A stretch of 61,516 nt of DNA, from the IMG/VR virus record IMGVR_UViG_3300027908_000008, positions 1 to 61,516 of that record, one strand, 5' to 3'. Made by a program: the position numbers and the translations under genes. The notes beneath the pieces are model-generated. The model did no database searches. It was not told the origin of the DNA and was given only the letters and a program-made list of their open reading frames with translations. The stretch is from a virus. Of this stretch, positions 1 through 7,122 are shown piece by piece (within the stretch, counting starts at the first letter, position 1; each line of letters starts with the position of its first letter).

Positions 1-99
1 GCGTTCGGAAGGCGATAAGCCGATCATACCGTCGTTGAAGGCAACCGGATCGCACTTGAACCAAGGGAGACCGCTCACGCCCGCACGCGCCAATCTCTG
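1..99. repeat. Terminal redundancy, copy 1 (identical to 61418..61516)
   Basis: Direct reading: nt 1-99 (gcgttcggaaggcgataagccgatcatacc...cacgcgccaatctctg) are repeated exactly at the window end. Confidence 0.95.
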
Positions 100-662
100 G
101 AATCCTTGTTGGATTTGCCGAGATTGCAGTCTTCACAAAGGATTTGCAGGTTCTCTAGGCAAAGCTCTAGTTCTGGAGCGACAGAGCGCGGTCGGATGTG
201 GTCAACGTGGAGAACGATCCCATTCTGCTTCGAGCGTCCGCACAACTCGCAGCGTCCGTCAGAGAGCGCCAGCGCCTTATACCTAAGCTCTCTCCACTCC
301 CTGCTTTCGTAGAAAGTGGACGGCTCTAATCCTCGTTTTCGCCCCCGTACGGAGGGCAAGTCTCCATGCATCCCGGGTCCGTCGTAGCGGGCTAGAAGCC
401 ACTTCCAAGCTCGATCCTTCGAAATCCGATGGCCGGCCAACACAGAGACCATCGCTACGACGGATGCTCCAGACGCTTTCGGATCGTGGCCGGCAGCAAG
501 GAAAAGTCGCTTACAGTGACGCAGCAATGCGGCGCGCTGAGCGCCCTTCAAAACTGGACGCTTCATCGCGACTTGAAACCAAGTGACGGTTTCAGTATTT
601 TGCCCATGGGCGAAGACCTCCCTCCCGCTACAGGTCTGAAGGCGGCGCGGTGCTGGATACAC
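75..662 (-). CDS. HNH endonuclease
   Basis: C-terminal HNH motif GIVLHVDHIRPRS...NLQILCEDCNLGKSN; likely real start at M33 (nt 566, MKRPVLKG). Confidence 0.75.
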   Translation of the reverse strand: MYPAPRRLQTCSGREVFAHGQNTETVTWFQVAMKRPVLKGAQRAALLRHCKRLFLAAGHDPKASGASVVAMVSVLAGHRISKDRAWKWLLARYDGPGMHGDLPSVRGRKRGLEPSTFYESREWRELRYKALALSDGRCELCGRSKQNGIVLHVDHIRPRSVAPELELCLENLQILCEDCNLGKSNKDSRDWRVRA

Positions 663-680
663 CCGCCGCCCGCCTTTTTT
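641..680 (+). terminator. GC-rich hairpin followed by T6 (terminator-like, plus-strand polarity)
   Basis: ggcggcgcggtg / cacccgccgcc arms with a 7-nt loop, then cgcc-tttttt; no plus-strand gene lies upstream, so its function is uncertain. Confidence 0.3.
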
Positions 681-700
681 GGACCTAAGCCACAGTCAGG

Positions 701-916
701 TCAAGACGTGCTGACGAGCGCTGCAGCCTGCTGGCGCATGGCTTCTCGCCCCTCGGCCCTAGCCCGGCCCACAGCGCGCTTGACGGCATCCGGCTGGAAC
801 ATCTCGCCCGATGCGCACCAGATCGACACAGCCACCTGACGCCACGTCTTGCCGCTGGCCCTGAGGCGCTCAGCAAGCTCGACCGGGACCACGTGCGCGC
901 TAGTCGCGACGGTCAT
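701..916 (-). CDS. Hypothetical small protein (71 aa)
   Basis: ATG at 916 (MTVATSAHVVPVELAERL...); high third-position GC; the longer track ORF 701..1066 runs into the upstream gene. Confidence 0.5.
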   Translation of the reverse strand: MTVATSAHVVPVELAERLRASGKTWRQVAVSIWCASGEMFQPDAVKRAVGRARAEGREAMRQQAAALVSTS

Positions 917-1088
917 GGCGATCCCGTGTGAGATGTCTCCAAAGTAAGTGATCGCGGTTCGCGTCTTCGTCCTGGCCGAGCATGATCTCCGAGGCCTTGG
1001 TCCAGCCGTAACAGGAAGTGAGGCGCGTGAGCATGTCGGCGCGCTCTTCGGCGTCGAGCGAGCCATAGAAGCTGGTTCGGGCGGTCAT
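900..1088 (-). CDS. Hypothetical small protein (62 aa)
   Basis: Track ORF; high GC3 over the first ~45 codons; ATGA overlap with the upstream 59-aa ORF. Confidence 0.5.
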   Translation of the reverse strand: MTARTSFYGSLDAEERADMLTRLTSCYGWTKASEIMLGQDEDANRDHLLWRHLTRDRHDRRD

Positions 1089-1264
1089 TGCTTCTCCTTG
1101 GCTCTCCGGGCCTGCATGTATTTGCGCAAGCGTTCATTGTAGCAGATACGGCATTTGAACGTGCCGTTGCCCACCGGACTGGAATTGAAGGGGTGCTTTA
1201 GGTGGCCGCAGCGGAAGACGCCAGCGCCCCCGCTATAACCCTTAATGCTGCCGGTTCCTTCCAT
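1085..1264 (-). CDS. Zinc-ribbon miniprotein (59 aa, CGH...CRIC...YM motif)
   Basis: Below the track cutoff; hand translation MEGTGSIKGYSGGAGVFRCGHLKHPFNSSPVGNGTFKCRICYNERLRKYMQARRAKEKQ; paralogous motif at 5437..5655 and in the C-terminus of 2088..2540. Confidence 0.5.
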   Translation of the reverse strand: MEGTGSIKGYSGGAGVFRCGHLKHPFNSSPVGNGTFKCRICYNERLRKYMQARRAKEKQ

Positions 1265-1340
1265 GGCTTTTTATATGTGGATAACGGTTGCGCTGTCTAG
1301 GCGCACGGTGTAGTTATCTCATACCAACAGGAGAGACCAC

Positions 1341-2087
1341 ATGGGCGCCGAACAGGCCCTACAAACCGTTAACGAAGCACCGATAGTCGCGGCTGACGCA
1401 GCTACCATCATGCAGATCATCGCTAGGGCGGCTAGTGACGCCAGCATCGATATCGACAAGCTGGAGCGCCTCGCCGGCATGTATGAGCGTATGACCGACC
1501 GCCAAGCGATCCAAGCTTTCGGTGCGGCTATGAGCGCCGCCCAAGGCGAAATGGGCCGCGTCGCAGCCGACGCCAACAATCCACAGACCCGTAGTAGGTA
1601 CGCCAGCTATGCGGCACTGGATCGGGAACTGCGCCCAATCTACACGCGCTACGGCTTCTCTCTAAGTTTCGGTACTGGAGATGGCGCTCCCGCAGACTAC
1701 GTGCGCGTCACCTGCACCGTCGCTCACGCGGAAGGCCATCGCGAGCCCTACCACGTGGACATGCCCGCCGATGGCAAGGGCGCGAAGGGCGGCGACGTGA
1801 TGACCAAGACGCACGCAACCGGCGCGGCCATGACCTACGGCCAGCGCTACCTTCTCAAGCTGATCTTCAATATCGCCGTGGGCGACGACAACGACGGGAA
1901 CGCCTCGGACTTTCCCGGCGACTGGATTGACGAAAAGCAGGTTGAGGAACTGACCAAGCTGATGGATGACGTGGGCGCGGATCGCACGCGGTTCCTCAAC
2001 TTCCTCAAGATCGACACGCTGGCGCACCTTCCGAAGAAGCGCCTCGCCTATGCCACCGCTCAGCTCGAAAAGAAGCGCAGCGCCTAA
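1341..2087 (+). CDS. ERF-family single-strand annealing protein
   Basis: SRYASYAALDRELRPIYTRYGFSLSF ... THATGAAMTYGQRYLLKLIFNI resembles the ERF superfamily; GGAG RBS upstream. Confidence 0.8.
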   Translation: MGAEQALQTVNEAPIVAADAATIMQIIARAASDASIDIDKLERLAGMYERMTDRQAIQAFGAAMSAAQGEMGRVAADANNPQTRSRYASYAALDRELRPIYTRYGFSLSFGTGDGAPADYVRVTCTVAHAEGHREPYHVDMPADGKGAKGGDVMTKTHATGAAMTYGQRYLLKLIFNIAVGDDNDGNASDFPGDWIDEKQVEELTKLMDDVGADRTRFLNFLKIDTLAHLPKKRLAYATAQLEKKRSA

Positions 2088-2540
2088 ATGTGGCCCGCGA
2101 CTGCAAACTTGCGGCACGGCGGCGCTAGACGCTCCGGGCGCGCTCCCGAGTACAACGTGTGGCACAAGATGCTCCTGCGCTGTCGGGACCCTCAGTCGCG
2201 TAGTTACCCAGACTACGGAGGGCGTGGAATCACGGTGTGTGATCGCTGGCAGGATTTCGCCAATTTCTACGCCGACATGGGCGCGCGCCCAACTCCCGCG
2301 CATACGCTGGAGAGAACCGACAATAACGCGGGATATTCGCCTTCCAACTGCATTTGGGCGACAAGGAAGGTTCAAGCGCAGAACCGACGCCCGCGCAAGC
2401 TGGCGATATCCTGCAAGCGTGGACACGCACTCTCCGAAGACAATCTTTACCAGCGCCCGGACGGCAAACGCGGTTGCCGCATTTGCCGCCACCAGAACAT
2501 GCGCGACTACTACGCGCGAATGAAAGGACAGCCCCTATGA
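2088..2540 (+). CDS. Phage DNA-binding protein (YNVWxxMxxRC / YGGRGI / ERTDNNAGY family, often annotated HNH/AP2-like) with C-terminal zinc ribbon
   Basis: Motifs EYNVWHKMLLRC, DYGGRGITVCDRW, LERTDNNAGYSPSNCIWAT; C-terminus CKRGH...GCRICRHQNMRDYY. Confidence 0.55.
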   Translation: MWPATANLRHGGARRSGRAPEYNVWHKMLLRCRDPQSRSYPDYGGRGITVCDRWQDFANFYADMGARPTPAHTLERTDNNAGYSPSNCIWATRKVQAQNRRPRKLAISCKRGHALSEDNLYQRPDGKRGCRICRHQNMRDYYARMKGQPL

Positions 2541-3178
2541 GCGAAGCCGAATTGATCCAAGGGAGCCCCGAGTGGCGCGCCGCGCGGGCCGGGAGCCTTG
2601 GCGCGTCCCAGATAGCCGACGTGATAGCCAAGACTAAATCCGGGTGGGGCGCCAGCCGAGCGAATGTGATGGCCTCGCTGGTCGCAGAGAGGCTGACGGG
2701 TCAAGCACAAGAAGGATACACTAACGCCGCTATGATGTGGGGAGTGGAAAAAGAACCGGAGGCGCGCAACGCCTACTCGTTCCACTGCGACGTGGACGTG
2801 AATCAGGTCGGCTTGGTCAAGCACCCAACCATCGTCGGCACCCACGCTAGCCCGGACGGCCTACTTGGGAGCGACGGCCTGCTTGAAGTGAAGTGCCCCC
2901 TGACTTCAACCCACATTGAAACCCTGCTGGGCCAGAATGTGCCGGGCAAGTACGTCACGCAGATGCAATGGCAGATGGCCTGCACCAAGCGCCAGTGGTG
3001 CGACTTCGCGTCCTACGATCCGTGTCTGCCCCCGGAAATGGCGCTGTTCGTGAAGCGCGTTCACCGCGACGATGCGATGATTTCCAAACTAGAGCGCGAG
3101 GCCGTGGCCTTCCTGAATGAGCTTGACGCCACGGTCGCTCAACTGCGGTCTCGCTACATGAGGGCGCAAGCTGCGTGA
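2537..3178 (+). CDS. YqaJ-like viral recombinase exonuclease (PD-(D/E)XK)
   Basis: Start ATG 2537 (ATGA overlap); GSPEWRAARAGSLGASQIADV ... ASPDGLL...GLLEVKCP, typical YqaJ. Confidence 0.8.
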   Translation: MSEAELIQGSPEWRAARAGSLGASQIADVIAKTKSGWGASRANVMASLVAERLTGQAQEGYTNAAMMWGVEKEPEARNAYSFHCDVDVNQVGLVKHPTIVGTHASPDGLLGSDGLLEVKCPLTSTHIETLLGQNVPGKYVTQMQWQMACTKRQWCDFASYDPCLPPEMALFVKRVHRDDAMISKLEREAVAFLNELDATVAQLRSRYMRAQAA

Positions 3179-3621
3179 GCGAAAAGCCCACCATCCTGCT
3201 AACGAGCCGAGAAACGCGCCAGAGAGCCGCGTCCTGGGCGCTGAACGCCCCTCCAGGGACTATCGTTGAGTTTCGCCAGCCCAAGCGCACCGTGGACCAG
3301 AACGCCCGCCTGTGGGCTCTCCTGACCGACGTGGCCCGGCAAATTGAGTGGGCCGGACGGAAAAGGACGACCGAGGCGTGGAAGGATATCTTCACGGCGG
3401 CGCTTCGGTCTGCGAAACACGAACTGGACGTTGTGCCCGGCATCGAAGGCGGCTTCGTTCTCCTTGGAATGCATACGTCCAGCATGTCCAAGGCCGAAAT
3501 GATTGACCTGCAAACCCTGATCGAAGAGTGGGGCGCCAGAAACGGAGTGATGTTCAGTGATCTGGAACCGGGAGCAGGTGAACGCGACACCAAGGAAGCC
3601 GCTCAGCCTAGCGCAACGTAA
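3175..3621 (+). CDS. ninB: NinB/Orf-family recombination protein
   Basis: RTVDQNARLWALLTDVARQIEWAGRKRTTEAWKDIFTAAL...VVPGIEGGFVLLG parallels lambda NinB (SLDQNRKLWACLGDVSRQVEWHGR...). Confidence 0.8.
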   Translation: MSEKPTILLTSRETRQRAASWALNAPPGTIVEFRQPKRTVDQNARLWALLTDVARQIEWAGRKRTTEAWKDIFTAALRSAKHELDVVPGIEGGFVLLGMHTSSMSKAEMIDLQTLIEEWGARNGVMFSDLEPGAGERDTKEAAQPSAT

Positions 3622-3934
3622 CGTCCTCTCCATCCGCCAGAACTGGCGATGCGGCTGCGGATGCGGTGGAACACTGATCTCAGAACCCGTCATTGACGAG
3701 CACCTGATTCCGCTGGAGCTGTCAGGCAGCAACGACCTCTCGAATCGCGCGCTCTACCTCGTCGCCTGCGCCAAGCTGAAGACCAAGAAGGACCGGCGCG
3801 ACATTGCCAAGGCGCACAGGCTCATTCGCAAAGCCAACCCAGAAACCCGGAAGGTCACGAAGCGCCCAATCAGATCGAGAGGCTTTCAGAAGGACTTACG
3901 CAAGCGCATGGACGGCACGGTCGAGCGTCGCTAG
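3557..3934 (+). CDS. Small HNH-type endonuclease
   Basis: CGCGCGGTL...IDEHLIPLELSGSNDLSNRALYLVACAKLKTKKD; start uncertain because the track ATG overlaps ninB by 65 nt. Confidence 0.6.
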   Translation: MIWNREQVNATPRKPLSLAQRNVLSIRQNWRCGCGCGGTLISEPVIDEHLIPLELSGSNDLSNRALYLVACAKLKTKKDRRDIAKAHRLIRKANPETRKVTKRPIRSRGFQKDLRKRMDGTVERR

Positions 3935-4887
3935 TTCTTCCGCCGCTCCAGCCGCTCGTCGGTCGGCTCCTGCCCCACCCGCGCGTCCGGCGGGGAGTAG
4001 ATTGCCGACAAGATCGCCCTCCCTATCGTCTCCGGAATGATTGGCGGGTTCAGGTTTCCGAGGGCGTGGATGCGGTCCACCGTGTCGGAAGTCCTTGAAG
4101 CCACTCTAGCCAGTCCGGATTCAGGCTCCCAAGTATGGCGTTCTTGCCGTGCGATTGCAGTCCCGATCGGCGCGAGGCTGTAGGCGTCGGCAGCAGTCCC
4201 CTCATAACTAGCGATGCCAAGCTCGGGCTTTTGCGGCGGTATTCGGCTGGAGAGCCTCTGTCTTTCCAGTCCCGGGCCATGGGCGTAGGGACAAGCGATT
4301 GATTTACCGCACGCCCGAGTTCGTTCCAGCTTGGCCCGTTCGTCTTGCCGTCCGGGCTGGCCCCATGCAGCGTCGGCCAGAGTTGCGACGATCCAGACGC
4401 GATCACGGATGTGGGGTGCGTCAAAGGCGGCAGCCGATAGGCAATGCCACTCCGCATCGTACCCGAGCGCGGCCAGGTCTCCGAGGACTCGGCCAAAGTC
4501 AGCGCCTTCATTGATAGTAAGGAGACCGACCGAGTTCTCCAGCAGCAGTCCTCTGGGTCGTATCTCGCCAGCGAGACGGGCGATGTGCGTCCATAGTCCA
4601 GAGCGTGGATCGTCCATGCCAAGTCCCGTGCCCGCTGGGCTGTTGCCCTGGCAGGGCCAGCCGGCAACGATCCAGTCGGGAACAAGTCCATCTGCCCGCA
4701 GTCGCTCTCCGGTGAGTTGCTCGACATCTTCGTAGATCGCGACATCGGGCCAGTGTTTCCTCAGGATGCGACGACAGAAAGCGTTGATCTCGCAGAAGGC
4801 GATTGTGGAGAATCCGCCGGTTCGCTCCAGGCCGAGCGAATAGGCGCCGACGCCTGAGAACAAGTCGAGCGTTTTAAGCCGGCTCAT
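3931..4887 (-). CDS. dcm: DNA (cytosine-5)-methyltransferase
   Basis: Motif I DLFSGVGAYSLG, IV GWPCQGNS, VI LLLENSVGLL, VIII FDAPHIRDRVWIVA, X ALGNLNPPIIPETIG. Confidence 0.85.
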   Translation of the reverse strand: MSRLKTLDLFSGVGAYSLGLERTGGFSTIAFCEINAFCRRILRKHWPDVAIYEDVEQLTGERLRADGLVPDWIVAGWPCQGNSPAGTGLGMDDPRSGLWTHIARLAGEIRPRGLLLENSVGLLTINEGADFGRVLGDLAALGYDAEWHCLSAAAFDAPHIRDRVWIVATLADAAWGQPGRQDERAKLERTRACGKSIACPYAHGPGLERQRLSSRIPPQKPELGIASYEGTAADAYSLAPIGTAIARQERHTWEPESGLARVASRTSDTVDRIHALGNLNPPIIPETIGRAILSAIYSPPDARVGQEPTDERLERRKN

Positions 4888-4906
4888 TCGACGTGCTCGC
4901 CCCTCT

Positions 4907-4927
4907 GATTTGCAAAAAATGCAAATC
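4907..4927. promoter_or_regulatory. Perfect 8-bp inverted repeat GATTTGCA-A5-TGCAAATC between the gcrA-like and dcm genes
   Basis: Read directly; lies in the AT-rich 58-nt gap upstream of the dcm start; may be an operator or a weak hairpin. Confidence 0.35.
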
Positions 4928-4945
4928 GGAACCAGATGGAGGCAC

Positions 4946-5440
4946 TCAAGATAATCTCTCCAGCCGCATATGCCTTTTGTCCGACCTCTCGCCCGCCGCC
5001 GCTCTCACATGCTCGGCGCAGTAGCTCAGCCCGATTTCCTTGCGTTGGCCGCAGAAGTGGAAGTCGGAGCGGGACGGGTCGCCCAGAGGCCAACGGCAGC
5101 AGTACGGCGTCAGGGCCAGCACGGCGTCGCTGGACGCCATGGCCGGCCTGGGTGAGGCTGGGATGGGGATTGGTACCGGCCGGGGCTGTGCGGCCCTGTC
5201 GCGCCCCTTCTGCGCCGCCACCTTAGCGACCGCTGCCTTGGCGCCCTCGTTGCTGAGCCGGTTCAGCTTGACGGCCTCGGGCGTCTTCTTCCACCCGCGC
5301 CTGGTCGCTATGCCGGTCACGACGCCGCGCCCGGTCAGGTTCAGCATCTGCGAGACCACCAAAGCCGTCAGGTTCTGCACGACGTAGAGCGCGTGGATTT
5401 TGCGCTCCAGGGCGAGGGAGATGCGGGGCTCGCCGCTCAT
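4946..5440 (-). CDS. gcrA: GcrA-like cell-cycle regulator homologue
   Basis: Start M86 of the track ORF (ATGA overlap at 5437-5440); N-terminal HTH-like LNLTGRGVVTGIATRRGW; C-terminal CRWPLGDPSRSDFHFCGQRKEIGLSYCAEH. Confidence 0.75.
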   Translation of the reverse strand: MSGEPRISLALERKIHALYVVQNLTALVVSQMLNLTGRGVVTGIATRRGWKKTPEAVKLNRLSNEGAKAAVAKVAAQKGRDRAAQPRPVPIPIPASPRPAMASSDAVLALTPYCCRWPLGDPSRSDFHFCGQRKEIGLSYCAEHVRAAAGERSDKRHMRLERLS

Positions 5441-5655
5441 GCGTTTTCCCGCCACGGATCGTGTTTCGGCTTGGCAGGCTCGCCCTTGTACGGCCACCCG
5501 CCTCGCCAAGTCCGCATGTAGTCCCGCAGGTAGGCGTTGCGGCACAGCCGGCAGCGTGGGTGATCGCCGCCGGTCGCGTTCTCGGCGACTCGCGCGTGGC
5601 CGCAGCGGAAGGTCGCCCCCTTCGGCGCGTCGGCGGGGGTCATGCCGCTCTCCAC
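5437..5655 (-). CDS. Zinc-ribbon miniprotein (CGH...CRLC...YLRDYMR)
   Basis: FRCGHARVAENATGGDHPRCRLCRNAYLRDYMR; paralogue of 1085..1264; high GC3. Confidence 0.55.
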   Translation of the reverse strand: MESGMTPADAPKGATFRCGHARVAENATGGDHPRCRLCRNAYLRDYMRTWRGGWPYKGEPAKPKHDPWRENA

Positions 5656-5675
5656 AGGATGGGCGCTTGGTCACG

Positions 5676-6212
5676 CTAGATGCGGTGAACACCACGAGCG
5701 AGCGGATGCTTCGGCGCGCCGGTGTTCGTCTTGCCCCAGCACCATAGGTCCGGGTAAGGCGATTCGCCGCTTTGGATTTCCTCGACTACGTGCTCAACGA
5801 ACATGTCATCCCACGCTATCGCGCCCCAGCAGACGAACACTTGGTGAGCCCGCTTCGCCATATGGACAACCGCCGGCAGGTTCTCGAAGTAGAGGGCGTC
5901 GCGTGCCGACCAATCGCCGCCGTCGATCCCGTTGACGATGCGTCTGCACTCGGCTGGGCTTGGCGAGCAGAACGGGTAGAGGTTGGCCGCGTCGTAGCCG
6001 CCAAAGCCAGCGCGTTCGAACCAGCCATTCCACCAGCGCGAGGTCGGATCGTCCTTGTCGGCATCAGCGGTCGAGGGGTTGCAGCCCAGCACGAGCGCGC
6101 GTGGTCCCGGTCCCCAATCGCGGGATAGTCGAACGCGGCAACCGTCACGCGAGAAGAACGCCGAGCGGCGCAGGACCGGCTCACCAAATAGGTCAAGTGC
6201 AGGGCTATTCAT
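5676..6212 (-). CDS. DUF1643 domain protein
   Basis: RVRLSRDWGPGPRALVLGCNPSTADADKDDPTSRW...GFGGYDAANLYPF matches the DUF1643 pattern. Confidence 0.7.
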   Translation of the reverse strand: MNSPALDLFGEPVLRRSAFFSRDGCRVRLSRDWGPGPRALVLGCNPSTADADKDDPTSRWWNGWFERAGFGGYDAANLYPFCSPSPAECRRIVNGIDGGDWSARDALYFENLPAVVHMAKRAHQVFVCWGAIAWDDMFVEHVVEEIQSGESPYPDLWCWGKTNTGAPKHPLARGVHRI

Positions 6213-6442
6213 AACGCCAGCTTCCGCAAATCTTCGGTCCTCTGAGCGATAAGCTCATCAAGCGCCGAGTTGAGCCTAGCCCATCCGTCCACCAACGGCT
6301 GACGCCTGCCTTTGCGATAGTTCGAGATGACCGAAGCGTGCGTGCCGGCGGCTTCCGCTAGCTCTTCGTCCGTGATGCGCGCAGCCTTGCGACGCGCGTC
6401 GAACTCAGTCATCTGCTCAGCGAATGCTTTCATAGGCGGCAT
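6209..6442 (-). CDS. XRE/Cro-like HTH transcriptional regulator
   Basis: ITDEELAEAAGTHASVISNYRKGRRQP helix-turn-helix; divergent from the early operon. Confidence 0.6.
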   Translation of the reverse strand: MPPMKAFAEQMTEFDARRKAARITDEELAEAAGTHASVISNYRKGRRQPLVDGWARLNSALDELIAQRTEDLRKLAL

Positions 6443-6485
6443 GGTGGCCTAAACGCGATCACACGTCAAGCATGACGATTTCGTA

Positions 6486-6513
6486 TTGACAGGCTTAGTG
6501 GTGGTGATAGCTT
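6486..6513 (+). promoter_or_regulatory. Candidate sigma70-type promoter for the rightward early operon
   Basis: TTGACA (6486-6491), 16-nt spacer, TG-n-TAGCTT (6505-6513), about 50 nt upstream of ATG 6562. Confidence 0.3.
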
Positions 6514-6573
6514 GTCCCCATCAACCACCGCCCCGGCTAGGGGGGAAGAGGGAGGAACGAGATGACCGATCCA

Positions 6574-6581
6574 TTCACGAG
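6574..6581. repeat. Target-site duplication TTCACGAG (left)
   Basis: The same 8-mer directly abuts the other inverted repeat at 7115..7122. Confidence 0.7.
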
Positions 6582-7114
6582 GGGACCTATATACGTCTAT
6601 GACCCACAGGCGTATGAGTGGGTCCGACAGGCCGGCGTTCAGGGCTGCCAGGGCCGTTGAAGCTGTCGGTTTGCGAAGCGTGGCGCAGACGGTGAAGGAC
6701 AAACCAAGCCGTCTTCTGAGTGATGCCCAGATCGGTCGCGAGCGTCGTGCTGGCGATGCCCTTGGGATGCGCCGTGATCATCCAGATCGCCGCGTACCAA
6801 GTGCGGAAGGGCAGCTTCGTGTCTTGGAAGATGGTCCCAACGCGGATGCTGAAGCGCTTGCGGCAGACGTAGCACTTGTGGGTGTTCGTGCCGGTGAGCG
6901 TGCCGATGCGCGCTTCGTCGGCGTTGCCGCAGAGCGGGCAGAACTTCCCATTCGCCCAGCGGATCGCCGTGAAGTGATCAATCGCAGACTGCTCGGTCGG
7001 GAAGGCCGCGAACAGCTCGGGAAGGGTCTTGAATTGCTTGATCATCGTCGGGCGTCTCCAGTGAGAACACCCTATGCCCACCCGCTTGCTGGGTCAAGCA
7101 CGTATATAGGTCCC
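6582..7114. mobile_element. IS1595-family mini-element (533 bp, internally deleted)
   Basis: Perfect 15-nt terminal inverted repeats GGGACCTATATACGT (6582-6596 and 7100-7114), extendable imperfectly to about 26 nt; flanked by an 8-bp direct repeat; encodes only the transposase N-terminal domain. Confidence 0.7.
6587..7045 (-). CDS. Truncated IS1595-family transposase (zinc-ribbon + HTH N-terminal domain only)
   Basis: MIKQFKTLPELF...GKFCPLCGN...KCYVCRKRFSIRVGTIFQDTKLPFRTWYAAIWMI...ITQKTAWFVLHRLR aligns with the N-terminus of 52496..53476; no DDE domain. Confidence 0.7.
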   Translation of the reverse strand: MIKQFKTLPELFAAFPTEQSAIDHFTAIRWANGKFCPLCGNADEARIGTLTGTNTHKCYVCRKRFSIRVGTIFQDTKLPFRTWYAAIWMITAHPKGIASTTLATDLGITQKTAWFVLHRLRHASQTDSFNGPGSPERRPVGPTHTPVGHRRI

Positions 7115-7122
7115 TTCACGAG
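7115..7122. repeat. Target-site duplication TTCACGAG (right)
   Basis: Identical to 6574..6581. Confidence 0.7.

Noticed and set aside
1276-1284. Perfect E. coli-type DnaA box (TTATCCACA on the minus strand) in the divergent promoter region upstream of erf
   Set aside because: Only a single copy was seen. A given 9-mer is expected about 0.5 times by chance on both strands of 61 kb, and no cluster or AT-rich unwinding element lies nearby.
1662-2492. Long alternative-frame ORFs here and elsewhere (e.g. 7790..8650, 7703..8233, 2955..3593, 13256..13870, 24823..25551, 30247..31164, 40049..40585, 48697..49626, 57206..58198)
   Set aside because: They overlap ORFs with clear family motifs, and their products are Arg/Pro/Gly/Ser/Ala-rich as expected for stop-poor off-frames of high-GC DNA. 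They are treated as shadow ORFs, with the exception of 4050..4745, which is reported as a finding.
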